NCBI GenBank assembly: GCA_028534125.1
Contig: CM052818.1
Span: 36,830,001 to 36,894,000, forward strand
Origin: Lama glama
Lineage: Eukaryota
Direction: 5' to 3'
DNA: 64,000 nt
The notes below the pieces were generated by a model. The model was not told the origin of the DNA and made no database searches. It saw only the letters and a list, made by a program, of their open reading frames with translations. Made by a program: the position numbers and the translations under genes. The first letter of the stretch is position 1, and every line of letters starts with the position of its first letter. Positions 1 through 12,080 of this stretch are shown here, piece by piece.

Positions 1-180
1 TTGTGAAAGTACCTAGCACCCTGCCTGACACACAGAGAAAGCTCAAAATTAAGCAGTAATATGTGAATAGTCTTGGATTTGATTGTGTCTTTGCCATTTT
101 TAGAGTAAATGACCTCATATCCTCTTTGGAGGCAGGGAAAACATCAAGTGTTTTTTTTTTATTATTGTAAAAATAAAATG

Positions 181-628
181 ATTCCTATTAGCCCAAAGTG
201 GAAACAGCCGAAATGTCCATCACTGATAAGTGGATAAATAAAATATATATAGTCATCCCATTGAATATTATTAGGCAATAAAAAGAAATGGAGTATGGAC
301 ACATGCTATGACATTGATGGACCTTGAGAGCACTAGGCCAAGTGCAAGAAGCCAGTCACTCAAGACCACATATTATTTGATTCCATTCGTATGAAATGTC
401 CACAATGGGCACATCGGTAGAGACAGAAAGTAGACTGGTGGTTGCCTAGGGCTGGGGGACTTGGGGGAAATGAGGCATGTTTGTGAGTGGGTGTGGAGTT
501 TCTATTTGGGGTCATGAAAATGGTGATGGTGATGAATGTACAACTCTTTGAATATAGTAAAAATCATTGAATTGCACTTTAAACGGGTGAATTGTATGGT
601 ATGTGAATTATACTTCAATAAATCTGTT
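181..628 (+). mobile_element. L1MB-type LINE-1 3' end (L1MB7/8-like)
   Basis: Recalled L1MB 3' motifs gaagccagtca...gaccacatattatttgattccatt, gagacagaaagtagactggtggttgcctagggctggg, ending gtgaattgtatggtatgtgaattatacttcaataaa. Confidence 0.9.
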
Positions 629-1225
629 AGCACTGATTAATTAAGTTAGAGTAAGAGCACCCCTGGCTCTCTGATGATAGCATGACTGAACAGGCTGATC
701 GGAGTGGGCGTGAATTGAATGCCAGCTTTGATTGGATGAGAATAATAGGTCCTTCCTCTCTCTCTCTCCATTCTCTTTTCAAACATTTCTCCTTCCCTCC
801 TTCACTAAAGGATTTTCTCCACATTCTTCTGGAGGCTCTGACCCAGAGATGAAGTGGACATGGCCTTCATCCTCAAGGAGCTAGGTTTCATTGAGGGCAA
901 AGCAGGGTGGAGAGGAGAGGGGGAAAGGATGAGACTGAACGTAACTCACTGGGCACAGAGTGTCCTGGGGATTCTGGCAAAACAGATCCTCTTTGTGTCG
1001 AGGAACATCTTTTGTTACAGCAAATACTGTTTTATTTCTTCTTATATGAATTCAACAGACGGTTACTGTGTGTGGTGCTGAGGATACAGAGATGAATAAG
1101 AGTGTGTCCCCATGGGCTGGGTGGGGCACGTGATGCGACTCTGCTTGCTCAGTGGGGTAGGGGCTGGAGGCTGAGGGAGGCCCTCAGGGTGCTGCAGGGG
1201 GCGGGAGAGGGATGGGAGTGGTGGT

Positions 1226-1258
1226 GGGGTGGGGTGGGGTGGTGAGGGGTGGTGGGGG
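1226..1258 (+). repeat. (GGGGT)n G-rich tract, G-quadruplex-capable
   Basis: ggggtggggtggggtggtgaggggtggtggggg: five runs of >=4 G with short loops. Confidence 0.75.
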
Positions 1259-3199
1259 TGAAGCTTCCTGTGCAGTCCCTGTTGGAAAGATGAGAGTGCT
1301 CTTGGCAAAGCAGCCCGGAGACCTTGCAGAAGGCTCAGTTTGGGGCAGGACACACAGCTTTCCTGGCCGGTTACTGACCTAACCAAGGCAGAGGGCAGTT
1401 TGGTGGCCTCCCCTCCTCCCAGTCTGGGGATCCGCTGTGAACTCCGGCCTGGGAGCGGCCTGAGGCTGGAGGGGCTCCTCTGCTGTGGCATAAACTTTCC
1501 TCTGGCACAAGTGGGGGGCCCTGCTCCCTAAAGTGAGGAGGTCACCACTTCCACTTGGGAGAGGAGGACAGGCCCTGTGGTCCCTGCGGGAGAGTCTGCA
1601 CAGCCTGGAAGGCCCTCTGGGCGGACGCCGGGCTCTGTGCGGGATGTTCGCCACTAGAGGGAGTGCTGTGTCATTTTCTGTCACCAGCGCTGGGTTCCCA
1701 GGCCTGGAGTCCGGGTGGGCGGCAGCCAGGGCTTGGAGGTTCCTGGGAAACTCCCTCCTTTGCCCTTTACCATTGAAAGATGTCTCAGAAGCAGCTGGAC
1801 TCAAGCATCCTTAGTGCTGTTTGTCAGGAATTTGCAGAGCCCTTGAGTCCGGGGTACAGTCTCAGGCCTGCTGCAAACCCTGGGGCTTCTGTGGCCAGGA
1901 TTCTGGGAGCCCAGAGAAGCTGTCCTGTGCTCCCAGGACCCGAAGACCTGAGAAAACGCCTCAGTTCGTTCCTCTGTGGGGAGTCTGGTCTGGCCCTCAG
2001 AGCTGCCAAGGACAGGTTCCTGGGTTCTCGGCAGTGCCTCAGCCCTGTGCCACCTGGAAAAACAGTTCAGTGCTTGACAGGAGGGAAAGGTGGAGAGCCA
2101 GCTTAGGAGGAAGTGAGGCCAGGCTGGTAGGATATGCAGCTGGTGTCAGAGGTCAGGGGATAGGGAAAGCTGGCTCCCCAAATCTCAAACATGGGGTCAG
2201 TGGAGCTGATGGGCATGGTGGGGTGGGTCAGAGGGGCAGCACCCAAATTTCACAAGAATGAGTCAGCTGTGGCTTTTTTGACATGGCCCTTAGTTCAAGG
2301 GCAAAGGAAGGTTGCTTATGGATGCCCCTAATTTCTGCCAGGAGGGGCTCCCATAGGTTCAGGTCAGGCTGGCCTCCTGTGGTGACTGGCTGAGGGCTGC
2401 TGTCTTTGAAGGCAGGGATAGGACTGGACAGGGAGTTCAGAGAATGAGCCCTGGTCCTTGGCTACCACCAACATGGCCACATCCTAGACTTCTTGTGCCC
2501 CAGGCCCCGCTCAGGTACCCGAGGCTCAGGGCCCATTTCTCCCTCCAGCGTTGACTGCTGGGTCTGGTAGGTAGACCATCTTTCGCAGCCCCTGGGCACA
2601 GGCAGCAGGGGTGAGAGCTGGGGGCCCATGGGTGGCAGGAAGCTGGTGTACCAGCTGCAGTAGGAGCAGGTCAGAGCCGGCTGGCTGAGGCTCCTGTCAC
2701 TGCCGTGGTTAATGCTGGTGATTACCATGGTTACCCGAGCCTGGAAGCTCTGACAGTCAAAGGCAGAGCAGGAGAAGGATGTCCTGTCCCTGCTCGGAGC
2801 CACATGACTGCCTCTGCCTCCCCAGGCAATATTCTCCTGACAAATATCAGAGCCTGGACCAGAGAAGTTATTTTGCTACGGTTCTGCTGGTCCAGGCATC
2901 ATCAATCACCAAGCATAAGCGGTCTTTGGGGGGCCCTGTCCTGAGCACATTCAGTGTGAGGGATGCAGAGGGGGTGTCTGGACTCTGCCCTCAGTCTTCT
3001 TAGTCTTGGGAGGACAGAGGAAGAGCAAGAGATGTTAGCCTGATGCTCGGGGAGCTCCGAGACAGAGGAGGGAAGCAGTTAGAAGAAGAGATGGAGAATT
3101 CAACATAGACTCTTGAGGATACAGAAACGACTTTCTGGGCCTGTGTTTCCAGTGCCAGCTTGAGGCTGGGATCGCACCCTCTCCAAATAGGGCACTGGC

Positions 3200-3345
3200 T
3201 GGGGAGTCAGGCCGCCTGCTTTGCCAGTGGTTATGAGCTTCAGCTCCTGCTGGGTCCTGGTTTCTCCATCTGCAAAATGGGGTTAATGATTACTAATCCC
3301 CCACCTACTTCAAGTCTGTGGGGAGGATTTTTTAAATGAATAATT
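3200..3345 (+). mobile_element. MIR SINE fragment
   Basis: MIR core tttctccatctgcaaaatggggttaatgat...cctacttca...gtggggaggatt. Confidence 0.75.
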
Positions 3346-3941
3346 TTGTGCATTGAAATGAGCCAACAGATTTCAAGCCTTTGGAGAAAAGGCCTTATTT
3401 ATTATTATCATCAACTCACTGAGCAGAAATTCCATTTATCGCCTTTGCTGCGTGAACTAAGAACCATATTACCTCGGTGAGATGACAGGGCTCTTCACAG
3501 CCACCCAGATCCTAGCCCTAGGAATTGCTGCTGGGTGGGGCTTCCTCTGAGCTTCAGGGGGGTTTTATGGCCAAGAGCAGAGCAGGAACTTCATGTCCAA
3601 ACGCTGCAGCAAAGTCTGAAGCTTCTCCCGCAGGGTGCCTAGCCTGGGGTGTGAGACCTGGGAGGAGGGAGTAGGGGCAGGTGCGAGGAGGAGGCCTGCT
3701 CTGAAACTCTTTCTTTTTGGTTCACTATCATTATAGGTTGACTTTAAAGATGAGAAATAAAGACATATGAAAAGAAAGAGAGAATGAAGAAAGAAATGTA
3801 AATTACTTAAATTAGTTAAATTCTGATACTCAGGGCTGGTAAAATGTCTAACGTAGCAGGTTCTTACAAGTTTCCAAGGGAATGAATGAATGCAGAAGAC
3901 TATAATCTGTCTGATAAATATCTGATCAACTTTGTTAAAGA

Positions 3942-4231
3942 TAAAGATTGTATTTTTTTAGAGAAAAAAACCCACTGATGTGGTTTGAGATTCACTGCAA
4001 AACTGAGAGGAAGGTCTGGAGGTTTCCGTGTATTCCCTGCCCCTACACATGCACAGCCTTCCCCGTCACCAACATCCCCCGCCAGAGGGGGTCATTATCA
4101 CCCAAAGTCCATGGTTGACATTAGGGTTCACCCTTGGTGTTGTACATTCTATGGATTTGGACAAACAGATAATGATATGCACCCACTATTATAGTATCAG
4201 ACAGAATTTCACTGCCCTAAAACTCCTCTGT
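3942..4231 (-). mobile_element. L1MC1/2-type LINE-1 3' end
   Basis: catcccccgccagag...cattatcacccaaagtccatggttgacattagggttcacccttggtgttgtacattctatgg...cactgccctaaaactcctctgt matches the reverse complement of the L1MC 3' UTR. Confidence 0.9.
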
Positions 4232-5699
4232 CAGACTTTTGCCCCTCTGTATATGTGCATATATAAATACTCTGTCCATTATAGTAATAGATACTATGTT
4301 TTTAAATATAGGATTACACCATAATATTGATTTAAAATCTGTTTTGTCTCAGAAAAATGTAATGAGGATTAGAAGTTTGAAACACCTCCTTCTCAATAAT
4401 TTGGGTTTGACCCTTGAAGTCTGTTATTCAGACAAGATCACGAGGCTGAAGTAAGGAAGAAGGACACCACGTGACAAAGGACAGAGTCCCCCTGAGGCTG
4501 GGCAGGAGAGGAGGCAGAGAAAGGCAATGGGTGAGACAGAACATCCTTCAGCTGCCTGGCGCTCCCTTCCCTTTGTTCTCCGCAAAAGCTGTGCCCACCC
4601 TCTCAGTCATAACTTCCTTTTCCAGAGTTTCTTGCTCCTTGAGGGAGGTCACTTACTGAAAAAAAGATGCCTGCTAGTAAGATGTATCCCTATCTATCTG
4701 TCTATCTCTGTCGCTATCTACATATCTTTATCTCTATCTATGTATTTTTTGGTTCGGTGAGACTTGCCAGCGTTCCCTGGACCCCTAGCTAATCAGCGGG
4801 TGTCTCCTGCGTCTCTCAGAGCCTTCCTGCATGTGGGCTCAGGAGAGTCTTCGGTAACTCTAAGCCTCTGATTATCCACAGCCCTTCCTCTGTCTGTCTT
4901 ATCTGTGCTGACAGCTACTCCTTCGTCTCCGCGGGTCAGACTCTCAAGTTTCCACGCCCGCTGGGCTGCGCTTGAAGGACCCCCTACTTCCTCACTAGTC
5001 CTCTGGTCTCCGCACATCCTATTGGCTTGGTCCAGACTGGCTCAGTGGCCCATGGCGATGGCTGGGGGAGAAGGTGGGGCAGTGCCATCCCAGCGGGCCG
5101 AGCACCGGCCCACCAAGCAGGGGTCACCCCGACCTGCCGGCGAGTCTGCACAAGCAGTGCGCCGAGTTCTCTTCCTCCCAACCTGGTAAGACTCCGGGGG
5201 TGTCTGACACCAGCTCCAGCTCGGCTGGTTAGGAAGGTGCTTTGTATTGCTGTTTCCCGGAGGGTGCAGCTTTGTACACCTTTGCTCGTCACCCAGGACT
5301 CTTTCCTCACCATGGAGCTGGCTGTTTACGAAGACGAGCCACATGTTCCTGAAAATCAGGGCTGCTGAAGGCTCTGCTTTTAAAGTTCTGTCAAATCTTT
5401 ATTCTTTCTCTATCTCAGGTGATGTGCCTGAGGGCTCTGCTGTTCACCCATTAGAGTCACATCTCCTCCTTGCCTGGCCTGTGTCTGTGCCACAGAGCTG
5501 TGAGGTAAAGCTGGCTTGTTGGCTGACAGGCTGCATCAAGGGGCCTAAATTTACAAAGAGAAACTCAGTGGGGCGGACTTCAAGTTTCCCAGCTAGGCCT
5601 TCTCTCCACAAAGGACTGCATGGATACCTGTGCACGGATGCCCACACTCAGGATGCTAAGGATGTGCTCAAGACCCAAGGTGCATCATGCCCTTTTTTT

Positions 5700-6170
5700 G
5701 CCTAAAATGCACCAGTGTCTTCTTCCTGCACTCAGAATGAACTCTGCTCCTTTCACGGCCAACTGGACCTGTTGACCCTTCGCCGTCTCTGGGTCCTGCC
5801 ACCTGGCCTGCCTTCAGCTGCCTTCACGTCTCAGCCCTTTCCTGCTGCAGGGCTGACTCCTGCCTGGCCAGCTTCCTTGGCCTCCTTCTCAGACGTCGGG
5901 AATTCACCTCCTTGGAGGGGCCATCCCTGGCCACCACATCCGACTTATTTTTCCCTCTCCCCTCCTCGTATTACCTATTCTTTTTCTTCATAGCATGTAT
6001 TTCAATTTTCTTATTTTTTGGTCTCTTTACTTATTTCTTATCTGTCTCTCCAAGTAGCCTCCAGAAGAGCCTGGACACTTTTGACAATTCTCCTTACCAC
6101 CACATCCCCAGCACTGGCAGGATGCAGGCCATGTCACACGAGCCCCATAAGTACTTACTGATGATGGTTA
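5700..6170 (+). mobile_element. L2 LINE 3' fragment
   Basis: Pyrimidine-rich degenerate L2 3' sequence ending catccccagcactggcagg...cataagtacttactgatgatg. Confidence 0.55.
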
Positions 6171-6740
6171 AGCAGGACATGTAAGACTGTCTTGACTCCA
6201 GGAGACTTTAAATGCAACTTGAGTAAGACATATGACTGGTCACTGTCTGACGGATACTTGCTCAGAACCAGGGAGAGCATCACCCCGTTCTGCTTACACA
6301 GTTGTGGTAGTTCTGGAGCTCTGGGCACAGTTCTGGGTTCTCAGCATGAGAAGTATGTTAACAAAATGGTGGGTGCCTGGAGGAAACTGGGACTCGAAAC
6401 CATGGGCTTTGACAGAAAGAAACTCAAGCCTTTCACTTAGAAAAGGGAAGGCTTAGGGGATACCTATGTGCTAGACACTGATAACTGAGTCATTACCATA
6501 CTGTGGGAGAAGACTCATTTTGTGTGCTTAGAGTGGGTTGCCATTACTGGAGCTGTTACTAAAAACTTCCCTTGGTGAAGATGTGGGACTAGATGGCTTT
6601 TAAAATTGCCTTCAGTTCCACATTCAAAATTGTCCTTGTTGAGCTGCTCCAACAAGCATAGGACAGGTGAAAAGGGCAGGCACTTGTTTTATAGGACTTG
6701 TGGCCTCGCTGAAAAGCAGTTCTCTCTGGCCCTGTAAGTC

Positions 6741-6772
6741 TGTCTGTGCGTGTGCGTGTGTGTGTGTGTGTT
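6741..6772. repeat. (TG)n microsatellite, imperfect
   Basis: tgtctgtgcgtgtgcgtgtgtgtgtgtgtgtt. Confidence 0.9.
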
Positions 6773-7144
6773 TGTGGTAGATAGAATTGCTGTTGAGCAG
6801 TCACTCAGTACCCCTCTCTCTTCCTTCTCAGGATGGTGCGTGTTTATTTGCCTCATCCACTTTGGGCATGGCTGTGTAACCAGTGCTCGATGGCAAAAGT
6901 GTGCCTGGGCCTTGAATGTTTAGGTTTGCCCTCCGGTGCTCCTGCCTCCATGATGAGGTATGTATACCCTGGGTGAATCCCGGTTCCATGATGGAGAGAC
7001 ACATGGAGCAGATCTACCCAAGCCCAGCTGAGTCCAGCCAACCTGTGGACCCATGAATGAAGAGAAAGAGATGTCTGTTGTAAGCCACTGAGAGTTGTGG
7101 ATTATTTGTTACAAAGCACCATCCCAGCAGAGCCTGACTAATGA
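6773..7144 (+). mobile_element. MaLR solo LTR (MLT1I/H/J-like)
   Basis: Starts tgtggtag; contains gagacacatggagcagatct, cccagctgagtccagcc; MLT1 3' end tgttgtaagccactgagagttgtggattatttgttac...ctgactaat. Confidence 0.8.
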
Positions 7145-9113
7145 GTGTTCGTGGTTTTCTTTACATGGAACTGCTCCAATACTCAGATCTGATATGCGTG
7201 CACTAATGCATATCACTGAGGAACTTGGATTTAGTAAACGGTTTTTTTCCCCCTCCAGACTCCTTTCCATGGTCTCTTCCTGGAGTGTGCATCTCCTATA
7301 TTTATAGGACAGTTAACTACATTGAAAAACTCTGCCTTCTCCCCAGCAAGCCCCTCTGCAGACTCTCAGACCTGCCTGTGTCTGATAAGGGCTGTTCTTG
7401 TCGTGGGAGGACCTCAGCTTTATGGGGAGGACGATGAGGCTGGAGCTCAGAGAGAAGGGGGATCCTCTGAGGCTGCAGCAGCAGGAGCAGAAGGCACAGC
7501 CACAGGGCCCTCCGGAAGGAACAGAGAAGAGAGGCGGCTGAATGCTCGCGCTGCACGAGGACGTCGCAGACCCCAACCGGGATGTTCTCTGTGATGTCAG
7601 GTGAGCTGTTCCTTAAGCGTCTCTACCTCCAACCTACCCCGCACAGACACGCTGGAAAGTGGCTTTCAACGTGCCTTTGACTCTTATCTCTCTTACATCA
7701 CCCTGTGAAATGAAATCTCAAACACTTTAGTGGGGTTTGATGCAGAGAACAGTAAGCAGGTAGTGGTTCAAGCAGAAACAGAACAGGAGTCAAAAGCCCT
7801 GGAGAAAAGCATGAATGGGCTTGGAGAGGACAAATAAAACAGCGGAGACATTTATACGGGTCTCCCCTACCTCTCAGAACAAAACAATTATGAGATAAGA
7901 GAGGCACGGATGGGAGGGAATTCTTTCCTTTTTCACATTGCAAGCTAGAGAGATCCAATAGCCTGTTTATGAAGAACAATAAAGAAGATACATGAACTCA
8001 TGAACTCAGTAAAGAGGTTGTTACACATATAGTGGGTGGTTTTGAAAGTCCAGGGTTTTCTCCCCACTTTTGGATAATATTGTCAGCTAAGTATTAAACA
8101 ATTTTTTTTCTTTTTCTTTCTTTCTTCTTCCTTTTCTTTTGCTTTTTTTTTCCAAAAAGCAATAACATGGCACCAACAGTTTGTTACAATTGGCAGAAAG
8201 AGTTATCACTTTTATTTAGGATTTGGAAATGCAATCAAAGAGGGGCAGATTGGAGCTTGAATTAAATGAAGCTTAAACAAGCAAAAGAAAAATCTCTGCT
8301 GGTCTTTTAAACAAACAAACACAAAAATTACAGCTCCTTGTTGTTAATTTGAAGCTATAAAAAATTTGACACTCACATTTGATAAAATGGTGCCAAGCAG
8401 AATGGTTGCTACTTTTTTTGTGTGTTGAGTACTGAATGTTCCGATCATTTTAAAAAATAAAAACCTATTGTTTTTGGAAACTCTCTGATGGGACCTGACT
8501 AGCTTATAGGCTGGAAGTCGCAGTGAAGGTTTTTTTTCTGTTGGCTTTAGAGCAAATTATTCTTCCTAGGATAACTTAAATAGACAGAAAAGCTGGGAGG
8601 ATCGGGTTTGTTTTGCTATCTATCTTCACATTTGTTGTGTTTTGTGATTCCTGAATACCAAACTGCCCCGTGAAGGTGTGGAAACATTCCTACGTGACTT
8701 GCTCTTTGTTATTATTTCAATTTTGTTTAACTCACTCTGATACAGAAAGTCTCCATGTTATCTGGTAACTTGCCTTATCTAGATCACAGCTCTAAGAATC
8801 AGAATAGAAGCAAAAAATGTTCCCCTGAGAAGATAAAAGAGATGTCACAAAATGTTTGCTCTGTATCTCCAGCATTTTACCTCCAGGTCTGTGAATCCAT
8901 TCAAGTTTCTTAAATTCCAACTAGAGCAGCATTCTTGTTTTAAAACCCAGAGTGAATTAGAAATGAGGAGAGGTTCATCTGTGGGCAGGGATAGCAACCA
9001 CCAGCAGTGACAGCAGACAGTCTGGTAATAAGAGACAGGAAAACTACAAAACAGACACAAAATGAAAGAACTCAACAGCTTGGTTCTACTTAGTAAAGGA
9101 TAAATACTTTGAG

Positions 9114-9513
9114 TGTGAGGTTTAATTTTATGTCAACTTGATGGCCATGGGATGCTTAGATACTGGGTCAAACATTATTCTGGGTGTGTGAGAGTGTTTT
9201 GGATGAGATTAACATTCCAGTCAATAGACTGAGTAAAGCAGATTCCCCTCCCCAATGTCGGTGGGCCTTATCCAATCAGTTGATGGCTTCCATAGAACAA
9301 AAGGCTGACCTTACTGTGAATAAGAAGCAACTCTTTTGACTGACTTGACCTGAGATGTTGGCCTTCTCCTGCCTTTGGACTCAGACTCAGACTGGAACTT
9401 TACCATTGGCTCTCCTGGGTCTCCAGCTTCTAGATCTATAGCTCTTGGGACTTCTCTGCCTCCATAACTTGATTAAGAAATTCCTTATAATCCCTGTCTG
9501 TCTGTCTGCCTGC

Positions 9514-9552
<39 letters not shown>

Positions 9553-9616
9553 CCTACCTACCTACCTACCTATCTCATCCTAGGTTCTGTTTCTCTGGAG
9601 AAACCAGACTAATAGA
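9114..9616 (+). mobile_element. ERVL solo LTR (MLT2D/MLT2B-like)
   Basis: tgtgaggtttaattttatgtcaacttga...ggtcaaacattattctgggtgtg...gactgagtaaagcagatt...ggttctgtttctctggagaaaccagactaat, typical MLT2 termini and internal motifs. Confidence 0.9.
9494..9574. repeat. Compound tetranucleotide STR (TCTG)n-(TATC)9-(TACC)5 inside MLT2
   Basis: Read directly: TATC x9 at 9515-9550, TACC x5 at 9551-9570. Confidence 0.95.
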
Positions 9617-10284
9617 CCAAGCAGACTTTGGTCTTTGGGCTCCATCTGATTGGATTGACAGTGCTCATCTGTGTCATGAAGAGAAGGTACAGGGTTTCTC
9701 CTCCAGTCTCAGATCATCTGTCCCCTGCCCTGGACTCTGCCCAGCACTGGTATCTGTGTCTGTTCTGCCTGCTCAGGGCTGTGCCTAACTGGCTGTTTCT
9801 GATTTTGAGCATCGCTTCAGCTTCTAGAATATGGGCTCTGAGGGACGGTAAGTGGCTGGTCCTCAGCTGTCTCCCTGTGCCCACACACACATAGTGACTT
9901 ATCTCCTATAAACCGTTGTTGGATAAATGAATGTTCTCTGCACCCTTTCACAATGGCATTGAGTAGAAATAGTTGAAGACTTTTTTTTTTTTCACTAGCT
10001 GGAATTTCCTAAAAAGTGTTAATGTTTAGAGAGAAAACTCTCATGCTTTGTAAACACCCTTACCTTGTCCCTCAGCACCTCCTTCTTCAGCCCTCCCCTC
10101 TGCCATTGCCCGTGAGTGTGGGATGTGCACACGGGCACGGCCAGGTGTCGTGAGAGATGTGTTGCAAGGGAACAGTGCAAATCAGATCTTATTTCCTCAC
10201 TGAAACACTGCTGCAACACGGGCGTATTCCTGATTCACAACTTTTCATACAAACATGTGGTATTTAAATCCTGAAGTAGATGTT

Positions 10285-10496
10285 GGCCTGGAATCAGAGC
10301 TGTGTTTGAATCCTGCTTCTTGCAGCTGATAGCCTTGTAACCGTGGGCAGGTCCCTGAACCTCTGTAGGTCTCAGTTTCCTCATCTACTAAGTAGGGAAA
10401 AATGCCCACTTCACAGGGCGGTCGTGAGGATTAAACTCAATAATGTATGCAAAGTACTGTGTGTATTACCTGGCGCATAATAAGTGCTCAATAAAT
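10285..10496 (+). mobile_element. MIR SINE, near full length
   Basis: tttgaatcctgcttct...tgaacctctgtaggtctcagtttcctcatct...gtgaggattaaa...taagtgctcaataaat. Confidence 0.9.
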
Positions 10497-11546
10497 TTTA
10501 ATACCCTTTCTCCCTTCTCCTTTTGCCAATTCAATCAAGGATTATGATAGATGTGTTTCCTGTGCAGTGTAAAGCTTTTTAAAGGGCATATAAATCAATT
10601 AAATAGGCCAATGCAGTAATTGATCACATAACATTTGTTTAAGAGATCCTGGAGAGAGGGGCAGAAGATTAGGGGCTTGTGGAAACCTCTGGAGAGCTCC
10701 TCAGAGGGGGCTCTTCAGACGGAGAATCCTGTGATATGGTATGTGCCCCCTCTGCTTTAAAAATTCTGTGAGAAAGGGCAGGGCGTTGTGATGGGCTGTG
10801 ACTTACGTCTGGGAACTTACACTTCAGGAGAGTGACCCTGAGTGGTCCTGGCTGCCAGGTGGGCCCCCACAGGAAAAGGCAGAATGGTCTGAGGAGTCAC
10901 TGAAATGGCCATCTGACCTGCCTTCTGAATGCAAGGTTCATGAATTAATCTCCTCAGTGAGGGCCGTAGATAAGACAGATGACTCAACTCTAGGTTTCTC
11001 ACACCTGCCTGCTGTGGAGAGGAAGGCACGTTGGCAGGCCCCTTCCCCGCTCTGGCTGCTTCAGCGAGCGAACCCAGAGGGCAGGATCCTCCAGGCTGTG
11101 TTTGGGTGACTCTGGGGACACCGGTACTGGGGGGGGGTGCCACGTGTCACAGAGAGAGGAAGGAGTTTGAGAGCTGTAAGGGGTGCTCATTCAGGGGCCA
11201 CAGAATGGCCTCAAATGCGATTCAGATTTTAAGCAATTCTAAAAACATCCCCAGAGCATCATCTTCCCTGGGGGAGCACAGAGGGGATTCTGTTTGTCCA
11301 CGCATGGTTCTTTTCTTCTCTGGTCCCTGGACCCTGGAGGACCCATGTTTTAGAGTGGAATTTAGAGGATGCGTTCTTCAGAATGAGCCTCTCTAGCGTG
11401 AGTCTGTCTCAGCCACCCCTCAAGATAAGGCTCAAGGACTTCCCCTCCCTGCAGCGTCCCTGCCTGCTCCATCCTGTGCTCTCCCCAGGGACGAGGCGGG
11501 AGCTGTCTCGGAGGGGGTAGGACTCTATCTCTCTGCAGTTTGTGAG

Positions 11547-12080
11547 TGTTGCAAGACGATTCTCTGGGGGTTTCTGGCATTTCTGCAAGTCTTGTGAGCA
11601 GAGGCACTGACGGCCTTTGTTCTAGACTCTGTCTTCTGGGATATGTGTACAGCAAACAGCCTTGGAAGATACAGATAGTGTCTCCCTCCGGGGTAAAGAG
11701 CAGATAGCAGGTATTTTTACTGCCCAGTATAGTAAAGAGAATGACTCCCTCCAGGACAAAAGCCAGGTGGGTTTATGCCCATTTTGAAAGGTTTGGGTTT
11801 TCTAAGCTTGGATTCCGTCAGCTGTGAAGCAGACCTACTGTGTGTGCAGCATCTGCCTGGGCCCCTCCACATGGTCCCTGTGGGACTCGGGTGGACAAGA
11901 TTGTCCCCATGGGACTTGGGTGGACAAGAGGCACCAATGCAAATGCAGTGCTCATGCTGCCTGCTGGGCGGTGAGGAATAAAGAGCTTTATTTCATGTCT
12001 TCTACCCTTATCTGTAGAAAGGAGGCTGACTTGTTAGCTGGCAAGAGGATGAAATCTGCGACGTTCCACAGCTCTTGACA
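11547..12080 (+). mobile_element. LTR40 (LTR40a-like) ERVL-class solo LTR, full length
   Basis: TG...CA termini (tgttgcaagacgattctc ... cacagctcttgaca); internal gtcttgtgagcagaggcactgac, cagccttggaagatacagatagtgtctccctc, AATAAA; flanks gtgag/gtgaa form a 5 bp TSD with one mismatch. Confidence 0.9.

Noticed and set aside
1063..2261. Overlapping 100-146 aa Pro/Gly-rich ORFs
   Set aside because: Explained by high GC and the GGGGT tract; no homology or consistent exon structure.
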